58,788 nucleotides of DNA from positions 1 through 58,788 of the IMG/VR virus record IMGVR_UViG_3300020420_000017. One strand, given 5' to 3'. Within the stretch, counting starts at the first letter, position 1, and each line of letters opens with the position of its first letter. Source of the stretch: a virus. Taxonomy: Duplodnaviria; Caudoviricetes. Both the position numbers and the translations under genes were made by a program. Of this stretch, positions 17,662 through 26,522 are shown piece by piece. The notes beneath the pieces were generated by a model. That model ran no database searches and had not been told where the DNA came from. It worked only from the letters and a program-made list of their open reading frames with translations.

Positions 17662-18025
17662 TTGGTTTTACCAAGTCTGGTAAACCAAGTGGATTAGGGC
17701 GGCCTTCTTTAATTCCAACTTCTTTTGACATATTTGCTCTGTAAACTTCATCCCATGCTTTATTGGCATCAACACCGAATACTTCTAAAGTACCAATCGC
17801 AAATACACATAAGTCGATAATACCATCAACAATTTCTTCTTCATTTTTATCTTCATACGCTTTTTTAGTTTCATCAAGTTCTTCTTGCATCATTTTAATT
17901 CTAAATTCCATGAACTTGTTAATCTTTCTCCAGTCAACGTCAGATTGCTGTTCAGCTTGCATCCATTTGTTAACTCCATATTTTTTATGCATATCTTGCA
18001 TATCTTTAAACCAATTTGTACTCAT
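17600..18025 (-). CDS. MazG-like/all-alpha NTP pyrophosphatase (candidate dCTPase)
   Basis: QEELDE...EIVDGIIDL, VYRANMSK, DLVKPNGW. Confidence 0.8.
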   Translation of the reverse strand: MSTNWFKDMQDMHKKYGVNKWMQAEQQSDVDWRKINKFMEFRIKMMQEELDETKKAYEDKNEEEIVDGIIDLCVFAIGTLEVFGVDANKAWDEVYRANMSKEVGIKEGRPNPLGLPDLVKPNGWKGPNHEGNHGNITDSFQ

Positions 18026-20496
18026 CCGAAAAAATCCTCCAATGTTGCTCGTTCTTCGGCATACCAGCCGATAGGGTTTAGTATTAAGTTAAGCGGTTCT
18101 ATAAATGTTTTCTCAAATTGTAAATCATAATCTATGTATCTATGTAAATTTAATTCTTTTGGTAAAACATCCTTAAACGCAATAACATTTTGTTTTATAG
18201 AGTTTGGTAACTTTAAATATACAAATTTAATTCTATCACCATTTGTAATTAATTCATATTTGTTTTGCAGCTTATATTGTTTTATATAGTGATTAAACAG
18301 TAACGAACCTCTTACATGTATAGGACAACTTTTCTTAAATATAGTTCTTCTGTCATGCCAATCAGTTATACTTGTAACTCTGCGAGGAAAAGATACATCT
18401 TCAGGATATAAACTTTTGAATTGTGTTTTAAAATCTTTAATAAATTTTTGTGTTTCGCTTTCAGTACTCGAAACAATTAGTTTAAAACTTTCTTTAAACT
18501 TATTACGTACAATCTCCGGAGTCGATGACTTGATAGCTTCAATACCCATAATTTTTAGCTGTGGTTCTTTGTATTGAACGCCTTCATTGTTATGTACGTT
18601 AAGTATATATCTTTTCTTTGCAGTCCAAATACCTACATCTGATATTGCTTCTCTTGCCATCATCATTCTATTTTCATATGAATTAAGAATTTTAAAAAAC
18701 TTATCATAATCTTTTTTAATTGCAGGTTCAAAATGCTCTTTACAAATTTTATCTAAGAATAAAACTGCATTTGTTGGTTTAAATTTTTCAATGAGTGGAC
18801 CAAAGTTAACGTATAATGAATCTGTATCGATAGCAATCACGTAATCATCTTCTGTTTTTAAAAGCTTTCGTAATTCACGATTCATTGTTGCTTCAGCCCA
18901 TTTAATAGCACGCTGACCCGTAAGAGTTACACCTTCTGCTAAACCATGACTAAAATATAAAAAGTGTTTATTAGCAAGTGCACCATATAAACTGTTTAGT
19001 AGAATCTTAATAGCCATTTGTCTATTATCTAGATTGCTTATTTCTTTATCAAGTTCAAAAGTATAACCTTTTTGCATTTCACTTTTTGCTGCCAACATTT
19101 GTTTCTTTATAGAAACACGCTCATCATAGTATTCTTTAATTATTTTTGGTAGTACGCCTTGTTCATCTTTTCTATAATATGTTTCATAGCCTTCTTTACC
19201 AGCTTTAGCAAAGTTACTATCGGGTGTTTGTTCTTTATAAGTTTCTGGTGACATATTGTTTTGTACAATAATATTTGGATATAGAGAGTTTAAATCAAAA
19301 GATACAACCCATTCGTATTTACCTGCTTTTGGATCTTTAACATAACCGCCTGCAATTAGATCACCTCCACCTATTGGTGAATAACTATCAATTCTTTGTG
19401 TTAATGGTGTAACAATGTTATTTTCATTTAACCTACGATAAATAATTGATTCCCATATTGCAGTTACACCAAACGTGTCTTGATAGTTTACACCACCTTT
19501 ATATGCCATAGTCATAGCTAATGTAATCAAGCCAAGTTTTTCTTCTAACCGGTCAACAAGCTGTACATCTTTCATATTATAATCAATATACTTTTGATAA
19601 TCATCCTTGTATAGATTTTTAAGTGAACCTGATTCTTCATATGAAAGTTTCTTTTCGTTCAACACTACATATGCAATATGATTTAATGCATAAGATTCTT
19701 GTGCGCCATAAGTATATCCAAACTTTTGGAATAATTCCATGTAATCAAGAGTTTGTATACCAGGTATTTCATACACATCATTTTCACTACCACGTCTTTT
19801 AATTTGTCTATATTCTGACTTTAAGCCCCATGGTGAAAACTTTGTAAGCTCACCTATACCTAATATTTTTGCTGTACGATTCATTACATATGGTATATCA
19901 AAGAATCTAGTATTCCAACCGGTAATAATATCTGGTGTGTTGTTTGGATGAGACCAAAATTCTATGAACTTCTGTAAAAGTTCTGCTTCATCTTTACACC
20001 TATAGTATGTTACAGGTTGTATGAGTGCTTTATCAATATCATAATCACCATAACCCCAAACGTGATATAATTTTGATTTACTTGATTTATATGATATAGA
20101 TAATATTCTCTGTGATGCTTCGTTAGGATGTGGAAAGCCACTATCATAATCTGTTTCAATATCGAACGTACCAACGTTTATAAACTCACGATTAAATTTT
20201 ATTTCTCTTGGAAATTTTTCTGTGATATATTGCTGTACGAATTTTTTATTGCCATATATACTGCGACCTGAAACATCGATGTTGCTTTTATACCATTGGC
20301 CTGCTTCATACATACTGTCAAAATCAATAGAGCCAACGCTTTGACCATCTAAACTTTTCTTTGTACTATTTTTATCTGATGACACGTAAAATTTTGGTTG
20401 ATAATAATCCTTACGCATAACTCTATCGCCGTTATCTGAGTAACCGCGATAGAAGATATTGTTTTTGTACCGAAGTACGTTTGTATAAAATGCCAT
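18022..20496 (-). CDS. 43: Family B DNA polymerase gp43
   Basis: FDIET, SFDLNSLYP, KILLNSLYG, IDTDS; C-terminal TLEDFFG clamp motif. Confidence 0.97.
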   Translation of the reverse strand: MAFYTNVLRYKNNIFYRGYSDNGDRVMRKDYYQPKFYVSSDKNSTKKSLDGQSVGSIDFDSMYEAGQWYKSNIDVSGRSIYGNKKFVQQYITEKFPREIKFNREFINVGTFDIETDYDSGFPHPNEASQRILSISYKSSKSKLYHVWGYGDYDIDKALIQPVTYYRCKDEAELLQKFIEFWSHPNNTPDIITGWNTRFFDIPYVMNRTAKILGIGELTKFSPWGLKSEYRQIKRRGSENDVYEIPGIQTLDYMELFQKFGYTYGAQESYALNHIAYVVLNEKKLSYEESGSLKNLYKDDYQKYIDYNMKDVQLVDRLEEKLGLITLAMTMAYKGGVNYQDTFGVTAIWESIIYRRLNENNIVTPLTQRIDSYSPIGGGDLIAGGYVKDPKAGKYEWVVSFDLNSLYPNIIVQNNMSPETYKEQTPDSNFAKAGKEGYETYYRKDEQGVLPKIIKEYYDERVSIKKQMLAAKSEMQKGYTFELDKEISNLDNRQMAIKILLNSLYGALANKHFLYFSHGLAEGVTLTGQRAIKWAEATMNRELRKLLKTEDDYVIAIDTDSLYVNFGPLIEKFKPTNAVLFLDKICKEHFEPAIKKDYDKFFKILNSYENRMMMAREAISDVGIWTAKKRYILNVHNNEGVQYKEPQLKIMGIEAIKSSTPEIVRNKFKESFKLIVSSTESETQKFIKDFKTQFKSLYPEDVSFPRRVTSITDWHDRRTIFKKSCPIHVRGSLLFNHYIKQYKLQNKYELITNGDRIKFVYLKLPNSIKQNVIAFKDVLPKELNLHRYIDYDLQFEKTFIEPLNLILNPIGWYAEERATLEDFFG

Positions 20497-20651
20497 TATG
20501 ATTCTTTTTGTTTAGACCAGTGTGAAATTAAGTTTGGTACGTTTATGTTGTAAGTTGATAGTTCTTTTTGGTTTTTTTGTAAATATAAAATTTTATGTTG
20601 TATTGTTGGTTGTGATTGAAAATTAATGTAGTGTTGTTGTAATTTAGACAT
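20496..20651 (-). CDS. Hypothetical early protein (51 aa)
   Basis: Read manually: MSKLQQHYINFQSQPTIQHK..., AAGGGAG RBS, coupled to gp43 start. Confidence 0.6.
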   Translation of the reverse strand: MSKLQQHYINFQSQPTIQHKILYLQKNQKELSTYNINVPNLISHWSKQKES

Positions 20652-20680
20652 ATGTACTCCCTTTTTGTAAATATAATAAT

Positions 20681-20709
20681 ATTATACACTACTTTTCAGT
20701 AAAAGTACA
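20681..20709 (-). promoter_or_regulatory. Early promoter
   Basis: TGTACT-N17-TATAAT; TTAACATGTTAA at 20721-20732. Confidence 0.75.
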
Positions 20710-20732
20710 CTCTTTTGTTTTTAACATGTTAA

Positions 20733-21038
20733 TTAAACGGCGAAAGATTCTCCACAGCCGCATGAAGCAACCGCATTTGGATTTATAACTTTCAAGTAAG
20801 AACCGCCGAGTTCTTTTACATAATCTATTGTGCATCCTAAAACAAACATTTCTGCCATTGGATCAAGTACTAAAACGTTTTCTATAGGTTTACCCCATTT
20901 AACGTTAGGCCAATTTTTCTTATAGTCCCATACATAAGTAAAACCTGAACATCCACCACCTTTAACGCCTAATGTAACCATGTCACCATCGGCAATACTA
21001 CTTAAATATTCTTTAGCGGATTCTGTTAACTGAACCAT
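20733..21038 (-). CDS. iscA: IscA/HesB Fe-S cluster assembly protein
   Basis: GGGCSGF, NPNAVASCGCGESF; start at MVQLTE. Confidence 0.9.
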   Translation of the reverse strand: MVQLTESAKEYLSSIADGDMVTLGVKGGGCSGFTYVWDYKKNWPNVKWGKPIENVLVLDPMAEMFVLGCTIDYVKELGGSYLKVINPNAVASCGCGESFAV

Positions 21039-21618
21039 TTGGTTTCGCCAAAAATGCTTCAAAGCTTACATCCGGATAATCTTTTTGTAATGATAAGAAA
21101 GCTTTTAAATTACTTCTTGCATCATCAAATAGTCTAATTCTTTTATATATTTTTTGATCCAAGTATTTTCTAAATATAATTTTTTTATTATCTGCAGCTG
21201 GTCCTCCACCAAGATTACCAGCTCTTTCAACATATATTTTATCGATATCTATACCTTGCTTTCGAAACGTGTCTAAAAACAATTTCTTATTATCAAAGTT
21301 AGGTCTTGCAGTTACTATAATTACTTTTGAACCTTTTCTTACTGCGTTCTTAAGAATAACTTTAACTTTATTAATCATTCTTGCGATGGGTGTTGAAGTC
21401 CTGTTAAATACTTCGGCGTTTTTGAATTCCCCAAAGTCATACTCTTCTCCAGCTTTTTTCTTATACGTGTTAAACTGTTGGTTATCAAGTTTTTTAATGA
21501 CTTTACCATCTTTTACTACCTTTACTTTAGCTTTTGTTATAAACATAGTCTCATCAACGTCAAACATTGTAAGACCTTTACCTTGTGCTTCTAATAAAAA
21601 TGTTTTAAAATTTTTCAT
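21013..21618 (-). CDS. HAD-superfamily phosphatase-like protein
   Basis: FDVDET, IVTAR, LFDD motifs. Confidence 0.7.
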   Translation of the reverse strand: MKNFKTFLLEAQGKGLTMFDVDETMFITKAKVKVVKDGKVIKKLDNQQFNTYKKKAGEEYDFGEFKNAEVFNRTSTPIARMINKVKVILKNAVRKGSKVIIVTARPNFDNKKLFLDTFRKQGIDIDKIYVERAGNLGGGPAADNKKIIFRKYLDQKIYKRIRLFDDARSNLKAFLSLQKDYPDVSFEAFLAKPNGSVNRIR

Positions 21619-21626
21619 TATAATTA

Positions 21627-21655
21627 ATTATACCATACTTTTAAAGAAAAGTAAA
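21627..21655 (-). promoter_or_regulatory. Promoter
   Basis: TTTACT-N17-TATAAT. Confidence 0.65.
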
Positions 21656-21658
21656 GGA

Positions 21659-21901
21659 TTAATCTAAATAAATTTTTTGTATGTAATCCTCAAATTCTTC
21701 TACTTTTTTTAACCGATTAGGCCAAAGTATGTACTCCTTTTCTGGATTCTTTTTTAAATTAGTTAACAACGGTGTAATAGCATTGTAAAGCTTTTCAAGT
21801 TTTTCTTGAGCTCCTTCTGCTGATACTTTAGTTTTTTGAACAGCTTCAAGCTCATCTTCAGTAACTGCAGTAAAACCAAAATCAAAATCTAAATCTGTCA
21901 T
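21659..21901 (-). CDS. Conserved hypothetical protein
   Basis: FDFGFTAV...LKKNPEKEYILWPNR motif. Confidence 0.7.
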   Translation of the reverse strand: MTDLDFDFGFTAVTEDELEAVQKTKVSAEGAQEKLEKLYNAITPLLTNLKKNPEKEYILWPNRLKKVEEFEDYIQKIYLD

Positions 21902-22344
21902 TTTGCTAGTGCTCTCATTCTTTTCACTAACCTACCTGCTCTGTTAGGCACTTGTTTATACCAATTTGAGTCTATCATCTCGTCTGCAGCCTTGTTCCAA
22001 TCTTGTGCATCGACACCAGCTTTCATACCTTTAAATTTTGAGAGCCTAGGTCTACCCATATTAAACATCATGTTAGCAATAATTAATTGACATTCTTCTG
22101 GCAAGACATTAAAATCGTTATATAATCGCTCACAATCTGCGAGCACGATTTGGACGTCTTCATCAAAGGCTTCGATAACTCTATCTTCTGATACAGGTGT
22201 TCCAATTTCTTGTCCATGTTCAGGATCTGAATCCCTAACCAGATGACCGATACCGAAAGTAGCATAGCCAAGATGATCGTTATATATTTCATGCTTAACT
22301 CCTTCATCCACTTCAAGTTCTTTTCGTAACTGTTCTATATTCAT
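21898..22344 (-). CDS. Lysozyme (GH24, T4 e-like endolysin)
   Basis: DEG...YNDHLGYATFGIGH, MFNMG, DSNWYKQVPNRA. Confidence 0.9.
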   Translation of the reverse strand: MNIEQLRKELEVDEGVKHEIYNDHLGYATFGIGHLVRDSDPEHGQEIGTPVSEDRVIEAFDEDVQIVLADCERLYNDFNVLPEECQLIIANMMFNMGRPRLSKFKGMKAGVDAQDWNKAADEMIDSNWYKQVPNRAGRLVKRMRALAK

Positions 22345-22365
22345 AGCATACCTCCTATAAATTAC

Positions 22366-22373
22366 TATTTATA
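22366..22373 (-). promoter_or_regulatory. gp55 late promoter
   Basis: TATAAATA upstream of lysozyme. Confidence 0.8.
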
Positions 22374-22375
22374 AT

Positions 22376-22403
22376 AAAAAAGGCGAGCACTAAACTCGCC
22401 TTT
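22376..22403 (-). terminator. Rho-independent terminator
   Basis: AAAGGCGAG-N7-CTCGCCTTT stem followed by U run. Confidence 0.85.
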
Positions 22404-22406
22404 GTT

Positions 22407-22451
22407 TTATTTGGATAAGTAGTCGTTTTCTTCTTCAGTGTACGGCCACAT
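22407..22451 (-). CDS. 14-aa peptide MWPYTEEENDYLSK
   Basis: TAATG-coupled to upstream ORF and ends just before the terminator. Confidence 0.4.
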   Translation of the reverse strand: MWPYTEEENDYLSK

Positions 22452-22675
22452 TAGTATTTACCATGATATTCGTTTATAGTATTATCATTCATTCTTTGCA
22501 GAATTTGACTATACTCTTTTTGATTATGATGGCCTAAGTGTATTAGTTGCTCAGCAACTATTCTGTTTGCAGACATCTGTCTAGCAAATTGCCAGTTTTT
22601 AAGTACACTTTTGAATTTTGACGCTACGGCGTCGCAGAAACTGCATACTGATGCAGTGAGTTGCATTGTTGTCAT
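22451..22675 (-). CDS. Hypothetical protein in the hsp20 operon
   Basis: GAGGA RBS, 74 aa. Confidence 0.65.
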   Translation of the reverse strand: MTTMQLTASVCSFCDAVASKFKSVLKNWQFARQMSANRIVAEQLIHLGHHNQKEYSQILQRMNDNTINEYHGKY

Positions 22676-22689
22676 TTAATCCTCGTTAA

Positions 22690-23100
22690 TTATTTAATAT
22701 TAATTGTACGAGGCTGCTTCTCTTCCGGTAAAACTACTTCAAGTTTGACAGTTAATATTCCATCCGTAAGATCGGCACCAGTTATCTCGGTGTATTCCGA
22801 CAGTCTGAATGACTTTTCAAACTTACGTCCACTAATTCCTTTATGAACGTATGCATCTGCTTCTCTACGTTTGTCCCTATTTCCTTTGATGGTTAGAATA
22901 TGTTCTTTCACCTTTATTTCAATGTCTTTCTTATTGAAACCAGCAACAGCCATCTCGATGATGTACTTCTGTTCAGCGTCTCTTACAACATTGTGTGGTG
23001 GGTATCCATCGTTTGCATGCACATGTATATCTTGTAATGCGTCGAAAATATGGTCAAAACCTAAAAAAGCGTTTCTTGGGAAAACAAAATTTCCAGTCAT
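22690..23100 (-). CDS. Small heat shock protein Hsp20/IbpA
   Basis: GYPPHNV, EMAVAGF, HKGISGRKFEKSFRL, DGILTV; ATG at 23098-23100 after AGGAGG. Confidence 0.93.
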   Translation of the reverse strand: MTGNFVFPRNAFLGFDHIFDALQDIHVHANDGYPPHNVVRDAEQKYIIEMAVAGFNKKDIEIKVKEHILTIKGNRDKRREADAYVHKGISGRKFEKSFRLSEYTEITGADLTDGILTVKLEVVLPEEKQPRTINIK

Positions 23101-23106
23101 AGTTAT

Positions 23107-23150
23107 CCTCCTATTAAGCAAGGTTATTTTAACGAACCCGAATTATTCGG
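23107..23150 (-). promoter_or_regulatory. ROSE-like RNA thermometer leader
   Basis: CCUUGCU-UAAU-AGGAGG pairs the SD with a bulged G; upstream CCGAAU-A-AUUCGG hairpin. Confidence 0.65.
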
Positions 23151-23199
23151 CATCCTATATTATATATAGTACTTTTTTTTCAAAAGTACATAGGTAAAG

Positions 23200-23619
23200 T
23201 TAATTTTTTATTCCATTACCTATATTATATTTCGGACAAAGTTCCCATTGTCCTTTATCCTTATAAGATATTATTTTAATCTGTCTTAGTGGTGCAATTG
23301 GTTTTAAATTATTGTTGTTATCAACTGTTAATAAACCCCAATCACTCATTAGTGTTGCTATTGTATTTCTTCTTGCAACATCATTTTCTTCTAAGTTAGA
23401 TTTCTTACCATCTAATAAGAATAATTCTTTAAAATGTACTATGAAGTATCGTCCTTGTTTGTGTAGAATGTGACATGATTGATAGAGTTTATTGTCTTTA
23501 CGTGAAGCAACACCTATTCGTGTTAATGTTTCTCTAATCTTTAAAAAATCATCCGGCTCATTTAACGTAACCTCTAACATACTGTTAGGGTTCCATTCTA
23601 CTATATTATTTTCTTCCAC
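23200..23619 (-). CDS. regA: Translational repressor RegA
   Basis: DDFLKIRETLTRIG, LYQSCHILHKQGRYFIVHFKE. Confidence 0.95.
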   Translation of the reverse strand: MEENNIVEWNPNSMLEVTLNEPDDFLKIRETLTRIGVASRKDNKLYQSCHILHKQGRYFIVHFKELFLLDGKKSNLEENDVARRNTIATLMSDWGLLTVDNNNNLKPIAPLRQIKIISYKDKGQWELCPKYNIGNGIKN

Positions 23620-23983
23620 CTTTGGCCACCTTAGTTTTCAATTCATTTATTTGTTCAGTGGATAGGAGTGTTAAAACTTGGCGGGCTTTTTCATTGCTGT
23701 AACCATAGTATTCTTTAACTGTCTCCAAATCACTAATTTGTTCTGGTTTAAACCATTTAGAAAACCTTTTTCGTTTTCTAACTATATTTATAAAAAAATC
23801 AAATTGAAGGCGGTTATCGATATGATGATTAATATTCATCTCATTTGCTGCAAGAACTGTATCATGAAAGTATGATAATGATCTATTAACTAAAAAAGGA
23901 TTATATGCTTTTTCAGTAATATCATCAATCATAATATTTTTCTTAGAATAATTTATTGCTGTTGTAAATTCAAATGGATTCAT
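23606..23983 (-). CDS. 62: Clamp loader small subunit gp62
   Basis: YNPFLVNRSLS, RKRKRFSKW, YYGYSNEKA. Confidence 0.9.
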   Translation of the reverse strand: MNPFEFTTAINYSKKNIMIDDITEKAYNPFLVNRSLSYFHDTVLAANEMNINHHIDNRLQFDFFINIVRKRKRFSKWFKPEQISDLETVKEYYGYSNEKARQVLTLLSTEQINELKTKVAKGGRK

Positions 23984-24213
23984 TGTATTCTATTTTCTAC
24001 CATGGCTTGTAACTCTGCAATGGTTGGCACAACAACTGCATCCCACCATTTTATCCAAGCGTTGTAATCATTATCAAAATATGATTCTTTTATAAAGGTT
24101 TGTATTTGATCACATTCAAACGCCATTGAGGGTTGTATTAAGCTGTGTGCTGATAATAACTCGCACATTGCGAGCTGATTAACAAACTGATTTATCATTT
24201 CCATTTCAACCAT
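23980..24213 (-). CDS. Hypothetical protein
   Basis: 77 aa coupled ORF. Confidence 0.55.
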   Translation of the reverse strand: MVEMEMINQFVNQLAMCELLSAHSLIQPSMAFECDQIQTFIKESYFDNDYNAWIKWWDAVVVPTIAELQAMVENRIQ

Positions 24214-25351
24214 TTAATATTATTATAATCCTTTTTGCTAGATTTGTAAACCATTTTTTATCATGGCCTTTAGTTGTTTCTGCTGCAGTACCTATTCTTA
24301 TGCCACTTGTTTCTACAAAGTTACGTGGATCGTTAGGCACACCATTTTTATTAACTGTTATTCCGTTTTCTTCCAATCTATCTGCAGCTTCTCTACCACT
24401 AATTTTATTCTTACTTAGATCAATTAATATGATATGACTATCAGTTCCACCGGTTAACACAGGTAATCCATTTTCTTCAAATGTTTTTGCCATGGCTTTT
24501 GCGTTAGCAATAACATTCTTTATATAATCTTTAAAACTTTTTTCTTGCGCTTCAATGTAACATTGTGCTTTTGCTGCAATAATATTCATCAAAGGCCCGC
24601 CTTGAGTTCCTGGAAATATTGCACTGTTAATTTTTTTAGTTAAATCACCATCATTCCAAAGTATCATACCACCACGTGGACCGCGCAATGTCTTATGTGT
24701 TGTGCTTGTTACTACATCTGCGTAAGGTAAAGGGCTTGGATATTCTTCAGCAGCAACCAAACCACTATAATGCGCCATGTCACATACTAACTTAGCACCA
24801 ACCATGTTAGATATGTATTTAAAACTTTGCCAATTAATTTTTCTTGAATACGCACTTGCGCCTGCTACAATGACTTTAGGTTTATGTATTGCTGCAATCT
24901 TTTCAACCTGTTCATAATCTATTAATCCATCTTCTTTTACACCATAAGTTATAGACTTGTAAACTTTACCACTTAACGTAGGTGGTGCTCCATGACTTAG
25001 ATGACCGCCACTTGCTAAATCCATTCCTAATATTGTATCACCCGGATTCATAAGTGCTTGATAAACTGCAGTATTTGCGTTTACACCACTGTGAGGCTGT
25101 ACATTTGCATGTAAGCATTTATATAAGTTTGTTACTTCATTAATTGCTAAGTCTTCTATCTCGTCCATATACTTGCAACCATTATAGTATCTTTTATTTG
25201 GATAACCTTCAGCATACTTGTTTGTAAATACGCTACCACATAAATCCATAACGGCCTGACTCGCAAAGTTTTCACTTGCAATTAATTCGATCGTATTGTC
25301 TTGTCTTTTAATTTCTTTATCTAGAATCTTTTTAACTTTTGAATATACCAT
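24206..25351 (-). CDS. glyA: Serine hydroxymethyltransferase
   Basis: LIASEN, NKYAEGYP, GGHLSHG, DMAH, TTHKTLRGPRGG (PLP Lys), FPGTQGGP. Confidence 0.95.
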   Translation of the reverse strand: MVYSKVKKILDKEIKRQDNTIELIASENFASQAVMDLCGSVFTNKYAEGYPNKRYYNGCKYMDEIEDLAINEVTNLYKCLHANVQPHSGVNANTAVYQALMNPGDTILGMDLASGGHLSHGAPPTLSGKVYKSITYGVKEDGLIDYEQVEKIAAIHKPKVIVAGASAYSRKINWQSFKYISNMVGAKLVCDMAHYSGLVAAEEYPSPLPYADVVTSTTHKTLRGPRGGMILWNDGDLTKKINSAIFPGTQGGPLMNIIAAKAQCYIEAQEKSFKDYIKNVIANAKAMAKTFEENGLPVLTGGTDSHIILIDLSKNKISGREAADRLEENGITVNKNGVPNDPRNFVETSGIRIGTAAETTKGHDKKWFTNLAKRIIIILNG

Positions 25352-26522
25352 TTGCTACCTTTTCTGCTAGAGCCATTCCCATTGTCCAGCCAAGATGACC
25401 AGCACCACTATTAACCCATACGTCTTTATACTTTGAAGCTATGGGTAACATATTTGGTGTCATTGGCCTTAAACACGCCCACGTTTCTGGCCTTGTATCT
25501 TGAACAAAAGTATTATTTCTTACCCATCTTCTTAATGGTTTTATTCTATCCAATCTTATATCGTGATCGTAACCTGCAAGCTCTGCAGTTCCAGCAACTC
25601 TAAAAACATTATTACTAAAAGGCGATGCAACAATTTTTGCATCATCATCTAATATAGATGTAGTAGGCATTGCATTATCATAACGATATGATACTGAATA
25701 TCCTTTTATTGGATATATATTTAAACTTGGTAGTAAAGCCGATGTGTATGCACCTGCACAGATGACAACTTCATCATACTCTTTTTTAAGTTCTCTTAGT
25801 GTTTTAGCGTGTGCTCTTTTTGGTGACCAATGTTTTTCTTCATCTGTTAGAACTATTGTGTTTACATTCACCCTATAATCCCAGTTATGATATAAGTAAT
25901 TTGAAACTTGATTGCAAAACTTATGTATGTCACCAACTGAATCACCTTTAGTAAAAGTTGCACCTACAATTGATTTTGTTTTTATATTGTATTTTAACAA
26001 GTTACCTTTCTTTACGACTCGTCCCCAACCTGTATCTTTAAATCTTTCTAAAGTTTTTTGCGCTTTATACCAAGATTTTTTATTTTTATATATGTGAAGT
26101 ATTCCACAATCTTTTTGATTAAAATCAAGATTCAATTCTCTTATTAATTTTTTATAAAGTTTTCTTGAACGTAAACTCCATTCAATTGTTTTTCTTGTGT
26201 TATAATCATATGAATTAGTTAGAGTTGCACCTACGAAACCAGCAATCCATCTAATCTTTTTCCATGACCAATGATCCATTCTAAAAGCAAGTGGAGCATC
26301 TGTTTTATTAATCCACTTTATGCCTTTGACTATGTTACTATAAGTGTTCCAAACTTCTGCGTTGCAAACAGAAAGTTGACCACCGTTAGCATAGCTGCAT
26401 TGATATGCAATTCCGTTAGGATCAAATAGACGTACTTTATAATTTTTTCTGGCTAAGAAGTAAGCAGTTGTTACGCCGGCTATTCCACCACCAACAATTG
26501 CTACGCTCTTCGTACTGCCCAA
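25332..26522 (-). CDS. FAD-dependent D-amino-acid dehydrogenase (DadA/DAO family)
   Basis: GGGIAG, SYANGGQLS, YPIKGYS, RVAGTAEL, WACLRPMTP, GHLGWT. Confidence 0.85.
   Translation of the reverse strand: MGSTKSVAIVGGGIAGVTTAYFLARKNYKVRLFDPNGIAYQCSYANGGQLSVCNAEVWNTYSNIVKGIKWINKTDAPLAFRMDHWSWKKIRWIAGFVGATLTNSYDYNTRKTIEWSLRSRKLYKKLIRELNLDFNQKDCGILHIYKNKKSWYKAQKTLERFKDTGWGRVVKKGNLLKYNIKTKSIVGATFTKGDSVGDIHKFCNQVSNYLYHNWDYRVNVNTIVLTDEEKHWSPKRAHAKTLRELKKEYDEVVICAGAYTSALLPSLNIYPIKGYSVSYRYDNAMPTTSILDDDAKIVASPFSNNVFRVAGTAELAGYDHDIRLDRIKPLRRWVRNNTFVQDTRPETWACLRPMTPNMLPIASKYKDVWVNSGAGHLGWTMGMALAEKVANGIFKS

Noticed and set aside
5138-20732. The palindrome as a CtrA box
   Set aside because: CtrA sites are TTAA-N7-TTAA; the spacing here is N4.
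23785-23792. TATAAATA matches inside coding regions (also near 2324, 43480, 56290)
   Set aside because: Expected by chance in DNA this AT-rich; only copies just upstream of gene starts were accepted.
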